A DNA stretch of 64,000 bases from Eremomyces bilateralis CBS 781.70 (Eukaryota), in assembly GCA_010015585.1 (NCBI GenBank), contig ML975151.1. One strand, given 5' to 3'. The position numbers were made by a program, and so were the translations under genes. The notes under the pieces were generated by a model, which made no database searches, was not told the origin of the DNA, and saw nothing but the letters and a program-made list of their open reading frames with translations. Shown here in pieces: positions 39,364-52,959 of this stretch (its first letter is position 1; each line of letters starts with the position of its first letter).

Positions 39364-41269
39364 TAGGGGGATTTCATTTGTTTGATTTTTGGGGGGTTTT
39401 TGGACCGGGGCGATTTTGGGTGGGTGGATTGATATAATGATATCCCGGGCCATGGTTGGCTGGTTAGGGTGGTAACTTGTACTTTGTCTGTGTTCTAGAT
39501 GTCTTGCTACTATGTCTTCAGGGGAGAGTTGGATAACGCTCGTTATGGTTTCTTAAACAGCTTCGATGATTAACATTCTATCGCATGTCATAATACCCGA
39601 ACTATATATTTTTCACTATTCTCTCCTATGAAATACGCCCTTGAATCTTGAAGCGCACTTCGCGGCTACGTCGAACGCAATAACGGACCTCCAAGTGTTC
39701 TCCATGTCGATCTCGCCAAAAGCGAATACGACTCCTCCGTTGCCTCGCTCACATCTTCCTCGGACCGGGCGAAACGATCGTCCTCTTCTTCTCCCCATCC
39801 CTGAGCGGGTTTCTTCACCCCCCTCTTTTGCTTGTTGCCGACTGGCCCACTAACCGGTCAAACCCCATCCGTCGAGATCCTTCCCTCCGCATCACTCCTA
39901 TCTCCTCCCATATTACTCTATCCATTCTTGAAGCGTCCGGCACTTGCCTCTGCTATCTATCCTTGTGCAGTATTCGGACCCTTTTCGAATTCGTTTGCCT
40001 TTAGGCGCGGAGAATTAGAGAGGGTAGGTATCAGTGACGATCAGTTGCCTGGCTGGCACCACAGCAATCGAAACTACATGGAGCTGACCGTGATCATCCC
40101 GGCCCAGCGGCTCATTCAGTGGGTCGAGTGTGACCGGTTGCACATCAGTGGCGAATGCCTGGTGTTGTGGAACTGATTCGGAGTAGGTGAAATTCATGGT
40201 CCTGAAGTATATCTCCAGGGCTTCAAAACTCCTAATCGCCACCTTCTCTTTGTCTCATGCTACCTCTCTATCGACACCGGATGGCTGTTGTACGTTCCAG
40301 TTAGCTAGACAGGTTAATCATCTCCGTTTACGTAGGGCAGGTGTTAGGGGCGAAGCACTATCAACTTCGCCCATCAGGGCGCATTTTGTTTGTGCATTCC
40401 AGTATTAAAATGTGTGGAACATGGACTACCAGTCCCCCGGGGTCGTCAACGAGCACAGCATCAACAACCCTGTTGTTAACATTTGTTAATTGGAGACGGC
40501 ACTTATTCGTTTTCGACGTCCAGAATCAATGCGGAGGCAAGTGAACCGATCAACGTTGACTCAGTGTGTCTTGATGCTAACTGAATTCGGTTTGTAGTAC
40601 ATTGAACTGCCATAATAAATTCCATTCGGACTAAGACTCGCGCTACAATTCCCATTGAAAAAGCGCCTGCAACCTCAATATTGCGGAGTCCTAGTTCCTG
40701 TGGCCGAGTTATTCTTTGGTACTTGCTTTTCCAGGGACGAATTTGTTGCACGATGGCCAGTGGAAGGAAGGTAGGTGGACTTAAGACGAGACACCGCGTC
40801 CATAGTCGAAGCCGTATTACCTCCCTGAGGATGGCAGAGTTTCGTCCTCGAGCAGGGGATATCCGGAGGCGACGGTTGAGCAGTGACGGTCGTAGGATAA
40901 CTCGGTGTGCGGGTCTCCGTCTGATCCCAAGTACATTTAACACATTGTTCAGGGGAAGCAGAGGAATCCTCCCGTTCAGTCTCCTTTGATGGTCATCTAG
41001 ATTTTCCCCGAGCGCTCTTGATCATCAGGAGTGTGATTCATTGGTTCCTCGAATCGGAATATCCCAGGCACTCCCGAATCGAATGAACCGCGCCTATACC
41101 GTCGTAGCTCGTAATGCCATGGTAGGGCCACTTTCGCCTCCAGAGTTGATCCGTGTTCGCCTTCTCGTCGGCTTTGACATTATTGTCAAAATGTCCGGGA
41201 GTTGTCCGCGCGCATCGAGAGCGGAACCCCAATTCTCCAAATTGCACAAACTCTTACATTCGCACTCCC

Positions 41270-41966
41270 TCAAGAGCCCGGTGCCTCCGGCAGACGTTCA
41301 ATTACGTACTTGCCCCGTGCAACACTCATGATGGGCACACCGGGAATTTTCCGAATCCGGCGCTTGAGGTCTCGATCGTTCGTAGCGACGATGTAGACAC
41401 GCTGCTTGAGACAGCGGTCGATGATGCAGTCATCGGCGTAGGTGCCCTTGTGATCGCACTGGACGCGCTCCCAGCGCTCGTCGCGGGCGATGCGGAGGGC
41501 GATGCGGTACTTGGTGCCCAGTTTCTCGAGTTCGGCCATGACGCAGCTGGTGATGATAGGGTGGCAGGTGGCGTAGAGGCAGTTCATCATGGTGGGGAGG
41601 AGTTCGAGCTTCTTTTGGACGGTGTGGGAGAGGAAATTGGTGTCGACCAGAACTTGGTAGGGGGGTTGGAGGGCCTCATTGTGTTGGAAGAAGAGGGCGG
41701 ACGGAACTTGTGGGCTGAAGTAGAGATTAGCTTTATTCGGAGACTTTGGGGAGAGGGCTTACATTTCACGAGTAACCTCCCCATGAACGGTTTGGAGCTT
41801 TTTCTGGTGCTCTTCTTCAGCCTTCATCTTGTTCTTCTTACTGGAATCTGGAGATTAGCGTGTGCTGAGAGTGATTTCGGTGGTTGTGGACATACAGCCT
41901 CTCATCTCGTTGGCCAATGAGGCGCTTGACCTGAGCGAACTTCCTTGTCTTCTTTTGGACCCCCAT
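41270..41966 (-). CDS. FCF1: rRNA-processing PIN-domain nuclease Fcf1/Utp24, 3 exons
   Basis: MGVQKKTRKFAQVKR, YQVLVDTNF, CDHKGTYADDC and YIVATNDRDLKRRIRKIPGVP; introns 41895-41841 and 41762-41715. Confidence 0.95.
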
Positions 41967-42880
41967 TGTAGGATATGTGAGGTTTGAGTGAGCGATATGG
42001 GAAGGCAAAGTTTCATGAAGTGGAAATCGCAAAGATTTTGGGAGGGGAAGGAATGATAGACAGGCATCAAGGCAGGAACATACAGGGTAAATATACGCCT
42101 AACCGTATATGGACTAGCATGACTTGGCGTATATTAACAATGAAGACATATTGTTGAATACAAATTGTTGAATTCATGCCTGAGGCAAATAAGGCATAAC
42201 CCCCTTGTCCTGCATCGCCCCGTACAACCGCAGCACTGCAAGAGAAATGCAACAAATCCACCCAGTGCAACCAACTTCGGTTCAACCAAACCTTCCATCT
42301 CCCTACTCTCCAATCCCTTTAAACCCTCGTTTCCAACTTTGGCTTCCCCCCTGGCCCTGAACCACCGCTCACTGCACCTCGAGTCTCACACGTCCCTATT
42401 CCTGCGTCGACTACGACCACCCGCCCAAGCATCCTCCCGATTCCCTTCCATTCCCTTCCGATTCCCGTCCGTATACTGTCTGCTCGTGCTGACGTGCGCT
42501 GCTTCCCCTTGCATCACCCGACCGACGCTGTCACGACATCGTCAATTAACGCGGCCGCTAGATCGGTCTCCATCACCGCTCGGCGACTATCGTGAACATC
42601 GTGAACTGGTCGTAGGGTGGGCTAGGAAGGAGAAGGAGACATAGTGGCTTTTGGGAGACATTTCGCCTTTTTCCTGGGTCTGGGAGTGGCTTTCCATCGT
42701 TAAATCGTCTGATTCCTCCCATTCCTTCCGATCGTTGACGTCGCACTCGTTCTATTGAGGCGCAGCTTATTGGATACTTGTCCTTGAATCACCTTGGACG
42801 AGGAACTTCATATTCCTTGACACTTATCCTTCCCATCGACCGACTTCACGGATCACACAACACATCCCTCCACCGACACA

Positions 42881-44152
42881 ATGAGAATACAAACCCGTGG
42901 AGCCTCGAGGCTCTATGCCCCGTTGGCTCTCGTACCTCTGCTGGCCCAGCACGCCTATGCTCAGCTCGATCTCCCGGACTTGGGACAGCTCAGCGACATC
43001 GAAAATCTACCAACTTCGACGAAAGCCGAAGAGACGAAATCCGAAGCCACATCCAAAGAGACCACCAAAGAAACCACCAAAGAAACCTCCACCGCCAAAA
43101 CCTCAAGTAAGGACGACGACGAGACCAGCACCGGTTCGGCCGCGTCCGCCTCCTCCGCCCCCTCCATCACCGATGCCCCCTCGCTCTCCACCACCTCCAA
43201 CTCCGCCTTCAAACTCACCGGCCTCCCCACCATCGCCGGCGCCGGCATCCCCACCATGATCGTTCCCAACACCGCCCAAGCGCCCTTCATGCAGAAGTCC
43301 AACCTCCCCGAAGGCACCGTCTTCATCGTCGTGGCCGCCATTCTCGGCTTCCTCGCCTTCTGCGTCCTCGTCTGGCGCGCCAGCATCGCCTGGTCCCTCA
43401 AACAATCTGTCCGCCGCGCCGCCATGGCCCAGACCCTCCCCGACAGTAAAGCCCTCCTCGCCCCCGGCGGCGCCCCCAACGCCCCCGGGTCCCGAGGCCG
43501 CGTCTACCCCCACGGCACCGCCAACAACATGAGCTCCTCCCTCTCCCTCGAGAAGCTCTCCAACGCCGGCAAGGGCACCAGCCTCATGAAAGACAATCCC
43601 AAGCGCAAATCCACCGGCCCCGCCCCCGGCCCCTCCACCTCCCTCTTCTTCTCCCCTACCGCCGGCGCCGGAATCCACACCTCCACCTCCCCCGTCCCCG
43701 GTATCTCCCCCTCCGCCACCCGCACCCCTTCCGCCTACCTCCCCGCGGGGTACTACCCCACCGGCACCGGTCTCCCCGCCGGCGGCGCCAACAGCACTAC
43801 TCTCGGCGCCGTCCCCGGCGCCCCTATGGGCGGCTCGCTGCTGAACATGGGCCCGTCCGCGCAGGGCTATCAGCGTGCGCGCAGCCTCGGGACCGACGAG
43901 CCGGGGAGCCCACAGCTGCCGCCGTCGCGCGGGTACGATCGAGGGAGCGTGTATGATCGGAGCAGCATCGTTGGGACAGTGAACGGTGGAGGAGTAGGAG
44001 GGGCGGGGGTCGGGCAGGGAGGAGGGCCGCTGTATAGTCAGCCGAGTACGAGTACGTTGAACTTGGGGGCGCCGAGGGATCCCAACCAGCGGGTGCCGAG
44101 TGCGTATTTGGAGGATATCTTCAATCGGCAGGATGGGAGGGATAGGTTTTGA
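42881..44152 (+). CDS. Single-pass membrane glycoprotein, Csi2/Prm5-like
   Basis: Signal peptide, Ser/Thr-rich ectodomain, PNTAQAPFMQKSNLPEGTVFIVVAAILGF TM segment and C-terminal RVPSAYLEDIF. Confidence 0.78.
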   Translation: MRIQTRGASRLYAPLALVPLLAQHAYAQLDLPDLGQLSDIENLPTSTKAEETKSEATSKETTKETTKETSTAKTSSKDDDETSTGSAASASSAPSITDAPSLSTTSNSAFKLTGLPTIAGAGIPTMIVPNTAQAPFMQKSNLPEGTVFIVVAAILGFLAFCVLVWRASIAWSLKQSVRRAAMAQTLPDSKALLAPGGAPNAPGSRGRVYPHGTANNMSSSLSLEKLSNAGKGTSLMKDNPKRKSTGPAPGPSTSLFFSPTAGAGIHTSTSPVPGISPSATRTPSAYLPAGYYPTGTGLPAGGANSTTLGAVPGAPMGGSLLNMGPSAQGYQRARSLGTDEPGSPQLPPSRGYDRGSVYDRSSIVGTVNGGGVGGAGVGQGGGPLYSQPSTSTLNLGAPRDPNQRVPSAYLEDIFNRQDGRDRF

Positions 44153-45442
44153 GGAAGGGGTTGAGCGAGGAGGATGAGCGAGGAGGATGAGAGAGGGGGA
44201 TGAGCGAGGGGATGAATGACGCCGTGGCTGGTCGATTGAAGGAGTAGACTGAATTTGGGGGATGAAGCATTAATGAAGCGGAAGCGGGTTGGTATGACGA
44301 GGAGGCGGGATCCGACGAATAGGCGGCGGTACGAGCGAGCTTTTTCATGTAATTACCGATGCGTGCGTGCGGTTGGTTAGAGGCAGGAGCGCAAGGCCAC
44401 CGGTTTTCGAATAGGGGATACAGGTACTGCATGTCGGGGTATGACAGTTGGGCGGACGGTAATTTCAGCTATTATCCAGACGTTTTTGCTCCTCCTTTCG
44501 CTCTCATCTTGCTTTTTCCCCGTCTTCGAGTGCGTCGAACCGTTGAGAACGGTCTCGCCTCCCGTGTGCGACGGTCGTAGCCGGTGGCGAGGCGGTTCGT
44601 GCGGAGCTAGCGAGGCGGCGATGTCGAGGACTTCAGGGAAGGGGATTGGAGGAGCGGACAGGCAATTTTGAGGACCGTTGAGGCGGGAGTGGGGTTTCGC
44701 CCGCAGTGGCAGATTGTGGCGGGAGCGTGGAGATATATGGTTCGCCTGGGGCGGCAGTGCCTTGAGCGCGGTGACACCAACGCTTCACGGTGCGACGATC
44801 ACGAGAACCACGACAGCATGTCGAGCGTTCTGAAGGGCCATTGAATAGTGTGGATTTCTGATCGCGTATCATTGACCCCTCATAATGGATACACGGAGTA
44901 ACTAGTGCTATTTCATCCATGGCATAAACGTTGCGCTGCTGTCCTTATCACTGTCACGTAATGGACCAGCTTTCGGATCCCGTACCGACGATCTCGTACA
45001 TTCTGCATCCTCCGCCGCCCATATTCAGTAGAAAAGCGTTCTTCATAATCAAACACACTCGAAATGAAAGGGTCGTGGAGCACTCAACCCGACCGGGGAG
45101 TGCTCTTCGTGTGCAAACATCCTCGTCCCACTCGTCATACAATCCATCTTTCGCAACCCCATCCGATCCGTGATGCGGATGACACGCAAGTCCAATTTTC
45201 GGACATGTCCCTGATTTGACCGTGTTCCCTCCTGAACCGGGAAAATCGAGCCAGTGGAACGCCTTGAACACCGCGACAGTTGACATACAGTCATGTCTCT
45301 TATGGCGTGAAGACCCGGCCCTTCGCGGTGACCCTTGAAACTTCGTCAAATATAAATACACTACTGCGGAAGAGCAAGTAAGAGCCCATGGCCGTGGAAC
45401 AACAGCTGGGGGTTCCGTTCGCCATGATCAGGCTTGACCGAC

Positions 45443-46361
45443 TCAGTCCATGTAAAAGTCCCCCTTCAGGATCCGCTCTTGCGTAGAATCGAGCGTCCGG
45501 GGCTTGGCCACCTCTTTCGGAGGTTCCATGACGGCCACGCTCTTGGCCCGTTGATGAGGAGGGACGGTAGACGGCGCAGCGGGGCCGGACGCGGTGGAGA
45601 TAGAGGATCGCTCGGCTCGTGTGCGGAGATTGTCGGCGAAGTTGAAGCCCTCACCTGCGCGGCGCACGAGCCCGTTAGCATGAGTTGATTAGCAGAATGG
45701 AGTGACGAAGGAGATAGGGGGAGTGGGGAGTCGACGACACGGGGGACGACGAGTGAGGCGTGTAGAAGGAGAAAGGGGGGATAGACGCGGGAAGGGAACC
45801 TCGGCGGCCAGAGGCAGAAGACGAACCTCGACCTTTGGCAGCCGGGGGAGACACGGTCTTGCTGGCGCCGGTGCTGCTGGTGCTGCTGATACTGCTCTCG
45901 GTGTGCTTGCTGCTGCTGACGGTGGCGTTATTGGAGATGGAATCTCTACCATTGACTGCACCCGCAGATCCCCGCGTCTCGCGCATCGCCCGCGCCCCGA
46001 AGCTCATCCGCCGCCCGAACGGGGTGCTCGGCACGCTGGCGGACGCGGCGGTAGCGTCGGCGTCCTCGAACGGGCTCTCGTCCACGGTGCTGCTGTTGGC
46101 GCTGGACAGGCTCTCGCCGCGGGAGCGCATGTTCGAGAACGGGGAGGACCCGGTGGGAGAGCCGGAGAGGCCGACGGTGGTAAGGGACAGGCGACGGCGT
46201 TGCTGGGCCTGGGCGGCGGCGGAGATGGGGCCTGGATATGCGGAGGTCCCGGTGGTGGAGCTGGAGGGGTTGCGATTGATCAATTCGGCCCATTGACCAG
46301 CGATGCTAGAGCGTCGACGGCCGATGGGTGGCTCGGACGGGGGAGTGTGCTTGTCGGACAT
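45443..46361 (-). CDS. Conserved Ser/Arg-rich hypothetical protein, 2 exons
   Basis: ATG 46361; intron 45826-45655 gives KGR|GEGFNFADNLRTRAER...QERILKGDFYMD*, a C-terminus I recognise from uncharacterised Pezizomycotina proteins. Confidence 0.78.
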
Positions 46362-47140
46362 GATTCTGGGGAGATTCGGGGATAGCAAACGGAGGTGGGT
46401 GGTTCGTTCCAGGAAATGACGCGGGGTCGGAAAAATAAGAGACAAAGAACCAGGGTTGGATGGAGTGGCAATAATCACCAACAGAAACGATGGTTAGGGC
46501 TTGATGGAGATTGGGAAGAGTCGAAGGGATGGAATTGCGAGCTGAAGGAGATGGACGGGTGCTTGGGGAGAGACGTGGTGGAATGACGTATCGAAGGCAG
46601 ATTAATACGGAAATGGATTTCGATTCAAAGTCGCGTGGCAGCCCCAAAGACCTCCCGCCCATGCACCGGATCTTTCATCAACGGACAATAGGAGAGTGGG
46701 ACGGTAGAAGACGAAACGGAAGCAAATTGCAAGAATATAAGAATAAGAATTCAGGTGGATGAGCGACGTTTATGAGGAGTTGCACGTGTAATATCTGGAA
46801 TATGGGGGATTTCTGGGGATCGTTGATCCGTGTGGAGTAGAACAGGACACGGGAGCTGGCGAGGAGGAAGGAGCGCATGGATGACGGCGGACGGGAGGGG
46901 GGAAGGAGCAATCGAACGAATGGGAGGTGGCCAGCCAGAGTTGGAGGGGAGACGGTGGCCGGGTGCCGAAGCTTAGGTGGTCTTGGCTGGCCCAGGCCCA
47001 GGGTTCAGTCTGGGGGAGAACGGCGATGGGAGGACATATTTGGATGACCGCATGGCATGAGATGATGAGAGGCATGAGAGGCAAGGCGTCCCGAGGTGCT
47101 GATGCCTGGAAGCCGCACGACAAATAGAACATTGATCATC

Positions 47141-47167
47141 ATTCATTATTCATTATTCATTATTCAT
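47141..47167. repeat. Tandem 7-mer (ATTCATT) x about 4
   Basis: attcatt attcatt attcatt attcat read directly. Confidence 0.8.
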
Positions 47168-48704
47168 AGACCATCACAAACGGTATTGGGCATCACATAT
47201 TGAACATGGCGGCACCAGACAGAGTAGCCAGAGTCCGCTTTGCATCTGCCGCCTCTCCTAGTTAATTCCCATGGATTTCTTCACGTCGACGGTATCTAGG
47301 TTACCCCAGTTCATATCCCAGACAACCAATCCCTGATGAGAAAGCGATATGACTCTCGTAAGGAATTGAAACGGTCGGCGATCATCACTCCTCCACGAAT
47401 GCCGCCCTACCTCCAGCATTCTCTCTGCACGGCTATCAATCCCCGTCCAAGAGTACATGATACTGGGTAGATACTTGCATTAACTTGCCAGCTTCCCGCA
47501 TTTCCCTTCTCATACTTACATTCGCCATGCTCTAGAGCTCTATCGAATCCCTATCGACATGCAGCAATCATCATCAATCATCAATTCAATCCACCGCGTA
47601 CCCCCAGGACATCATTCGAATCTCGAACCCTTGCCAATATCAAAGCAATATATTCCCCTCTTATTGGCCCAACATCCCCTTCACCTATCTATGTGTTAAT
47701 GTGCTCTCTTTGTCCCCATATCCACCCCTCAACCCCCGATCTCCCCGACCCGACGTACAATCGTTCGCCTGTGTCTTCTTTGTGTAGCGCATCAAAGAAC
47801 CAGACGTGGACAACGCAACACGCATCATCGCTTCCCCGCACTTTGACCCTCCCGCCCTATCGGCCTCCGTCCCATTCAGTTGGTTGCTTTGCGTTTCCAT
47901 CCCGCCTGCGATCAGTGCTGAGAAAAGGTCGAGGATCCGGTGGTCGAGCTCCCAGCTCCCAGCTCCCCCGCATATCGCGTACGACGGCATACGTGGTCGT
48001 GGCGATCACCATAGCCTATCAACCTCCGATGGGTTAGGGTCGGATCTATTGATCTCATTCTAGAGCGTGGTTCTCTGCAGGCAACCGTTATTTGCTACCA
48101 ATTCACCGCAGATATAGATCGCCTGAGAATGGTCCATGGTGCCGTGAGGGCCGTATCTTGAGGTTCGGGACATGCCGTAGAACCATGACGCAGCATCTTG
48201 ATATCGTAGATTGGCGGAGAGAACCCATGACTTCGGTGGGTGGGACAAAGAACGTGCAGGAAGGAGGGTCCGTTATCCCGCGACTTCCATTTCTAGGGTG
48301 TCACGGTAGGACGACTGATCCGACTGACCAAACGGGTCCTCCATTCGGTTGATGGTTTTCTTCATCTCGTCGTGAGGATCACCAAGTCTTCCCTCGCCAT
48401 GGAAGTCGCTTCTTCATCCAGGATCTCTCGAAGATAGTCGGCTATTATCGTTTCACGCATGTGATCTATGTGGATTGCGGACTACGTTGTACTGTGGAAA
48501 TTGCTGCAGATAGGAGAAAAGCCAATCCCAAATAACTCCATTGACTCCGGACTATTCAGAAGACCACCGCGATTAGACCAAATATAGCCCTGTCCCAATT
48601 CGCACGAGAAAGTAAATTGCACGAGAAAGAGAACTAAGCACAATGTACGGGGCAAGGCATCCCCAATTAAGCCGAAGATCCCGCCAACTCCCAATTATAG
48701 AACG

Positions 48705-50308
48705 TTACTGCTCCTCCGCTCTCCGAGCCATGACCCCTAGCTTCTGCACGAATGGTTCCGGGGCCAGCAGCCGCGACGCCCGCTCCTGCAGCGCTCTAAG
48801 CTGGCGATGAAACGGCGCCAGCAGTTCGTCCGGGACGATATCCAGCGCCTGCAGCACGAACAACTCCTCCTCATCCCGCCCGCCATGCCGAACCAACGTC
48901 TCGTACAAGTTGCTCACTGTCGGCGCATCGATCGCCGCCCCGGCTCGATACCACCCCAATCGCTCATACGCCGGCCGCGCCCACGCCATGACCTTGTCCA
49001 GGATCTCGAGCAGCGTCCCGATCCCGCGATACGCCGCCGCCGTCGGCTCACTGTGCTGGATCCGCTCGCTGTCGTCCGAGTCCGACTCATCGTCCATGAA
49101 CATGTCCTGGTGGGCGTCCGCGAGCTTCTCCAGCCACCGCCCGATGAACTCGACGATCTGATCGAGGTCCTCCGCGCACGTGCGCACGCTGTGCACCGGG
49201 ATCGGCCCGCGCGGACCGTACGTGATGTACCGCTCCAGCGCGTCGAAGGCCTGCGCGACGCGGGCGTGCGCTAACTCGAACGCCACCGCGGCACAATCGG
49301 CCACGGGGAACATCTCGAGGAGGTCGTGGAAGAAGGGCGGGTCGCGCGCCGCCTGCTCGATCATTCTGTCGAAGAAGCGGGAAGTCGTGAGCCGCGTCTG
49401 GCTTTCCATGGATCGTAGGTATTTGTCGCCCAGGGTGCCGAAGAGGTCGAAGACGGAGAGCCGGTCGTTGGCCTGCGCGCGACGCATGGTGAAGCCGGTG
49501 CATTCTTGGATGGACTTCGGGAGGTCTTCGATTCCGATTTCGTCGCGAATCATCTCGTAGGGGGAGATCTCAACGGTCCGCGCGCGAGCTCCACGGGTGA
49601 TTTTGATCCGGGTGCAACGAGGATTGATTTCGATTGTTGGCGCCTTAATGCCTTTCTTGCGGCACCACGCAATTGCAAGTTGATCGACGAACCAAAAGAT
49701 GTGCTGGCGATACGTGTCAGAATGAGCAGGTACAGCACACGGACCCGGTCATACCTGGCAGGCGATATCCCCTTCCTGCGGCCCACCAGGGGCTCGCTCG
49801 GGGTCGGTGCAGCTACAGGTGAGACGTCGATCATCATACGCCTTGATGGTGGTCCGACCACTGAATTCGTACGAGTACAGGGACAGGTCTTCGTCGTTGG
49901 GTTGCTGTGTCAGGTACAGTTCCTTCTTATGCTCAACCACGGCTTCCATCCGAGCATCCATTCGGTCTTTCATCGCCGGGAACTTGTACGTGAAACGATA
50001 ACCATCTCCTCTCAAGTTGTCCTCCTCACGAACAAACGACAGACTGCTCCGAGTATGATGGAACACACCCTCCATATCTTCCTCCTCTTCCTGCTCCAGA
50101 TTGAGATTTTGAAAATCTGCTGTGGGGGAGATAGGGGAATTCATGAGGCGAATGGAGAAAGCAACTGACTTCAACAAGACGATAAGATCAGGACCGAACA
50201 AACCCTCCGAAGGCTTTTATGTCTGCCTACCTTAGATACTTCGCCGTATACGAACGACAGACGGTGAGCACGCCTCTTGACTTGGGGCAATGACTTATTG
50301 GGCCGCAT
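48705..50308 (-). CDS. SWIM-type zinc finger protein (5' end uncertain)
   Basis: Intron 49754-49704 joins LTCSCTDPERAPGGPQEGDIACQ|HIFWFVDQL (CxC-xn-CxH) and continues into the 282 aa ORF ending at 48705. Confidence 0.7.
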
Positions 50309-52503
50309 GATGCTGTGCGACTGGCGAAATTCAAATCCACATGAAGAAGACGCATTCACATCCGTATCCATACTGCTGGGTCGAATGTTAATTGATCATG
50401 CTCGCATTGACGGGATCAATTTCAACGGGTGCCCACGCAGCACCAGCAAGGTGGAGGTAAGCCGACAAGGCGTGACTGTGACGTCTGATAGTGTGCCAAC
50501 CCTCTCCACATGTCAGTGGTCACTCCCCAACCCAGGGTCGAGGGGATTGTCTCGTCCCAATGCGGCAGTCAACGGCTCCAACGCCCACCGCATATCGAGC
50601 ACGACCTGCAGCTCCGGGAGGGCAAAGCGAACTTGTCCGAGCGAACGGCACGACGATGAGCGACGGCGAGAACGATTCTCTAGCGGAAAAGCGTGGGTTG
50701 GCTCCGTGGTGTCATGCTACTCGGTCAAGGCTCACCTCCATTCTGTCCGACGCGGCGTAGCAACTAGCGATGAGCCACGGGGCAAAGGCCCGGATCGGAA
50801 CGCTTGAGGCACCCGCACCACCATTGCCGCACCAAGCGTAGGGAGAGCGGGGAGGGGTGTTGGATTCTTTATTTTGGGGCGTTCCATTGGTCGCAGGCGA
50901 GATAGCGGGAAGAAAAACCAACGGAACAGTTGCGAATCATTGGGAGCCGGAGTTTTAGGTTTAGTTAAATAATTAAGAGGTGCGATGTGTGGAGATTATT
51001 GAAGATGAAGAGAGATGTTCGAGAACGAGACACAGAAACTGTTGCATAGAGGTACAAGGGCCCCCTCCCGGCAGTCGGCGAGCACAGACGATACAAGCCA
51101 CATTTGGGGGGGCAACGACGCCAACGACGCCACCAACGCCCCCTAACCGCAACGAACCAATCTTGAATCATCTCCTTCGACCGAAATTCACGAGACTGAC
51201 TTCATATGCGTCATGCCGCCAATCTATGTTGACCATTGAATTCCAAAATCAAATAATGCTTTTTGATCCTTCTCCAGAATGAACTACTGCCATGATGCAG
51301 GAAATAAGCAAATCAATACCTTATGCACTAGCCCGTTAGTCTTGTAGGGCTCATGCAGACGCCAGACAGACATCCACGTCCAGTCCTACTTAAACAACGT
51401 CCCACACTGGACCATCACCACCATCCAATAAAGTCCGAATTCGAGCACACGTCAATATACAGTACATAATTTTGAAGAGTATTTGAAAAAAAAATATGAG
51501 CTGAGATGACTCTTGGAATCATTCCATCATTTGCATACCAGACAGGAGTCCTCCCAAAGCCCATGTAACCGCCGGGGGGTTTGCCTTCACCAAAACCGTG
51601 CCTCTCCTAAGCGCCTAGTCATGCTTCCCAAACTTTTTCGACAACTCCCCTTCCTATCGCCCACCTCCAATGCAAATGTCCATGATCTAATGGCTGCCTA
51701 TCATAGCGAACATCCCTACCCGCGTCTCCAATCGAGAGAGAGAAAATAAGACAAAAAACAGGGGACGAAGTTGGTTACGCCTCCCAAGGCCGGCTTGAGG
51801 GGCACAGCGGTGCCATGAGATCCACCGTTGGCTCCCGTTGCCGTTCCCCTGGGCGAGGGAGCAATGAAATACAGGTGGACGAACCGAAGGAGATGGACTA
51901 ATTAAGAGGAACGCAAAATCCACCCAAATCCCTGGCAAAAACGCCGACCTTTCCCACTGATTCACTGAAATGTCCCCGTATACGGAACATGGCAACCGGG
52001 ACCGCACACGTTCGACGGCAACGCCTAATATCCTTTCTGCAGCTACCACGCCCCGAGCACGTCTCCGCAAGGATGTGGCATCGAAAAGTGGAAGAGACGT
52101 CACCCGATCCGAAATGAATGCCGGATGGGGTTCGCCTATGCATTTATGCATCCCACCATCCACGCCCGTGGCTCTCCAGCGGGAAATAAAGACTACAACC
52201 TTGCCGAAGCATGTGTTCATCGTTCACAAAGACCCGCACTGCTAGAACCCCAATCGGAAAAGGAACGCACCGCACCGGAATTTGTCATTCATGGGACTCT
52301 CTTCGATGCCGGGGGCCGCGGAAGATGGGGCGGTCGTCGATGGGTGTACGGAGCATATCGCCATGCAGGAAGCCCTCGTCCCCATGCGAATCTCTCGCTG
52401 AGCTGGAGCCCCATCCGGTTCATCCTTCGGACATGCCATGTCAGTTCAACCTTCTCCGTCCGGTTCGCAATCTTCAAGACTCACTGGGCGCTCGGTGGGT
52501 GGC

Positions 52504-52959
52504 TTACTGAGAGCTGCTGCCCGCCTGCGGCGTCCCGGCCATCGGCGCGGCCGTGTCTTGCGATCCGGCTTGCGACAACTTTTCCCGTTCCACGCCCGTC
52601 TGGATGACGTGTTGCATGGAGATACCACCCCACGGCAGGCCTTCGAGGTTACTGGGTTGGTCGAGTTCCGAGGACTCAGGCGCGCTGTAGGAGGCGCCGG
52701 CGCGCTCCTGATTCTGTTTATCACGCTCCATTTCGTCTCTCGCTTCTTTTGCCCGTTGACCTGTCCGACATCAGGAAGTGTTTCTTGTATTGCATGCTTG
52801 AGAGGGCATGAACGTACGGAATCTCCTCTGGGCCATCTTGTTCTGCTCCCTCCTTCTTTCGGCGGCATCGTTGACCTTCTGCGAAGAGTCTGTGCTTGAT
52901 GCTTCTGACACTGCCATTCCCGCCGATCTCTCTTCTTTTTGGGGTTGATCTGAAGACAT
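52504..52959 (-). CDS. Small bZIP-like basic-region protein (ends uncertain)
   Basis: DAAERRREQNKMAQRRF|RQRAKEARDEMERDKQNQERAGASY...LEGLPWGGISMQHVI, joined by intron 52817-52761. Confidence 0.75.

Noticed and set aside
39600..41050. Possible decayed minus-strand gene
   Set aside because: Only short open stretches with no recognisable motif or consistent splice model.
48031..48040. GGGTTAGGGT (ACCCTAACCC on the minus strand) as a telomerase RNA template
   Set aside because: A 10-mer of telomeric sequence is plausible by chance in 64 kb, and I found no supporting pseudoknot, CR4/5 or Sm site by eye.
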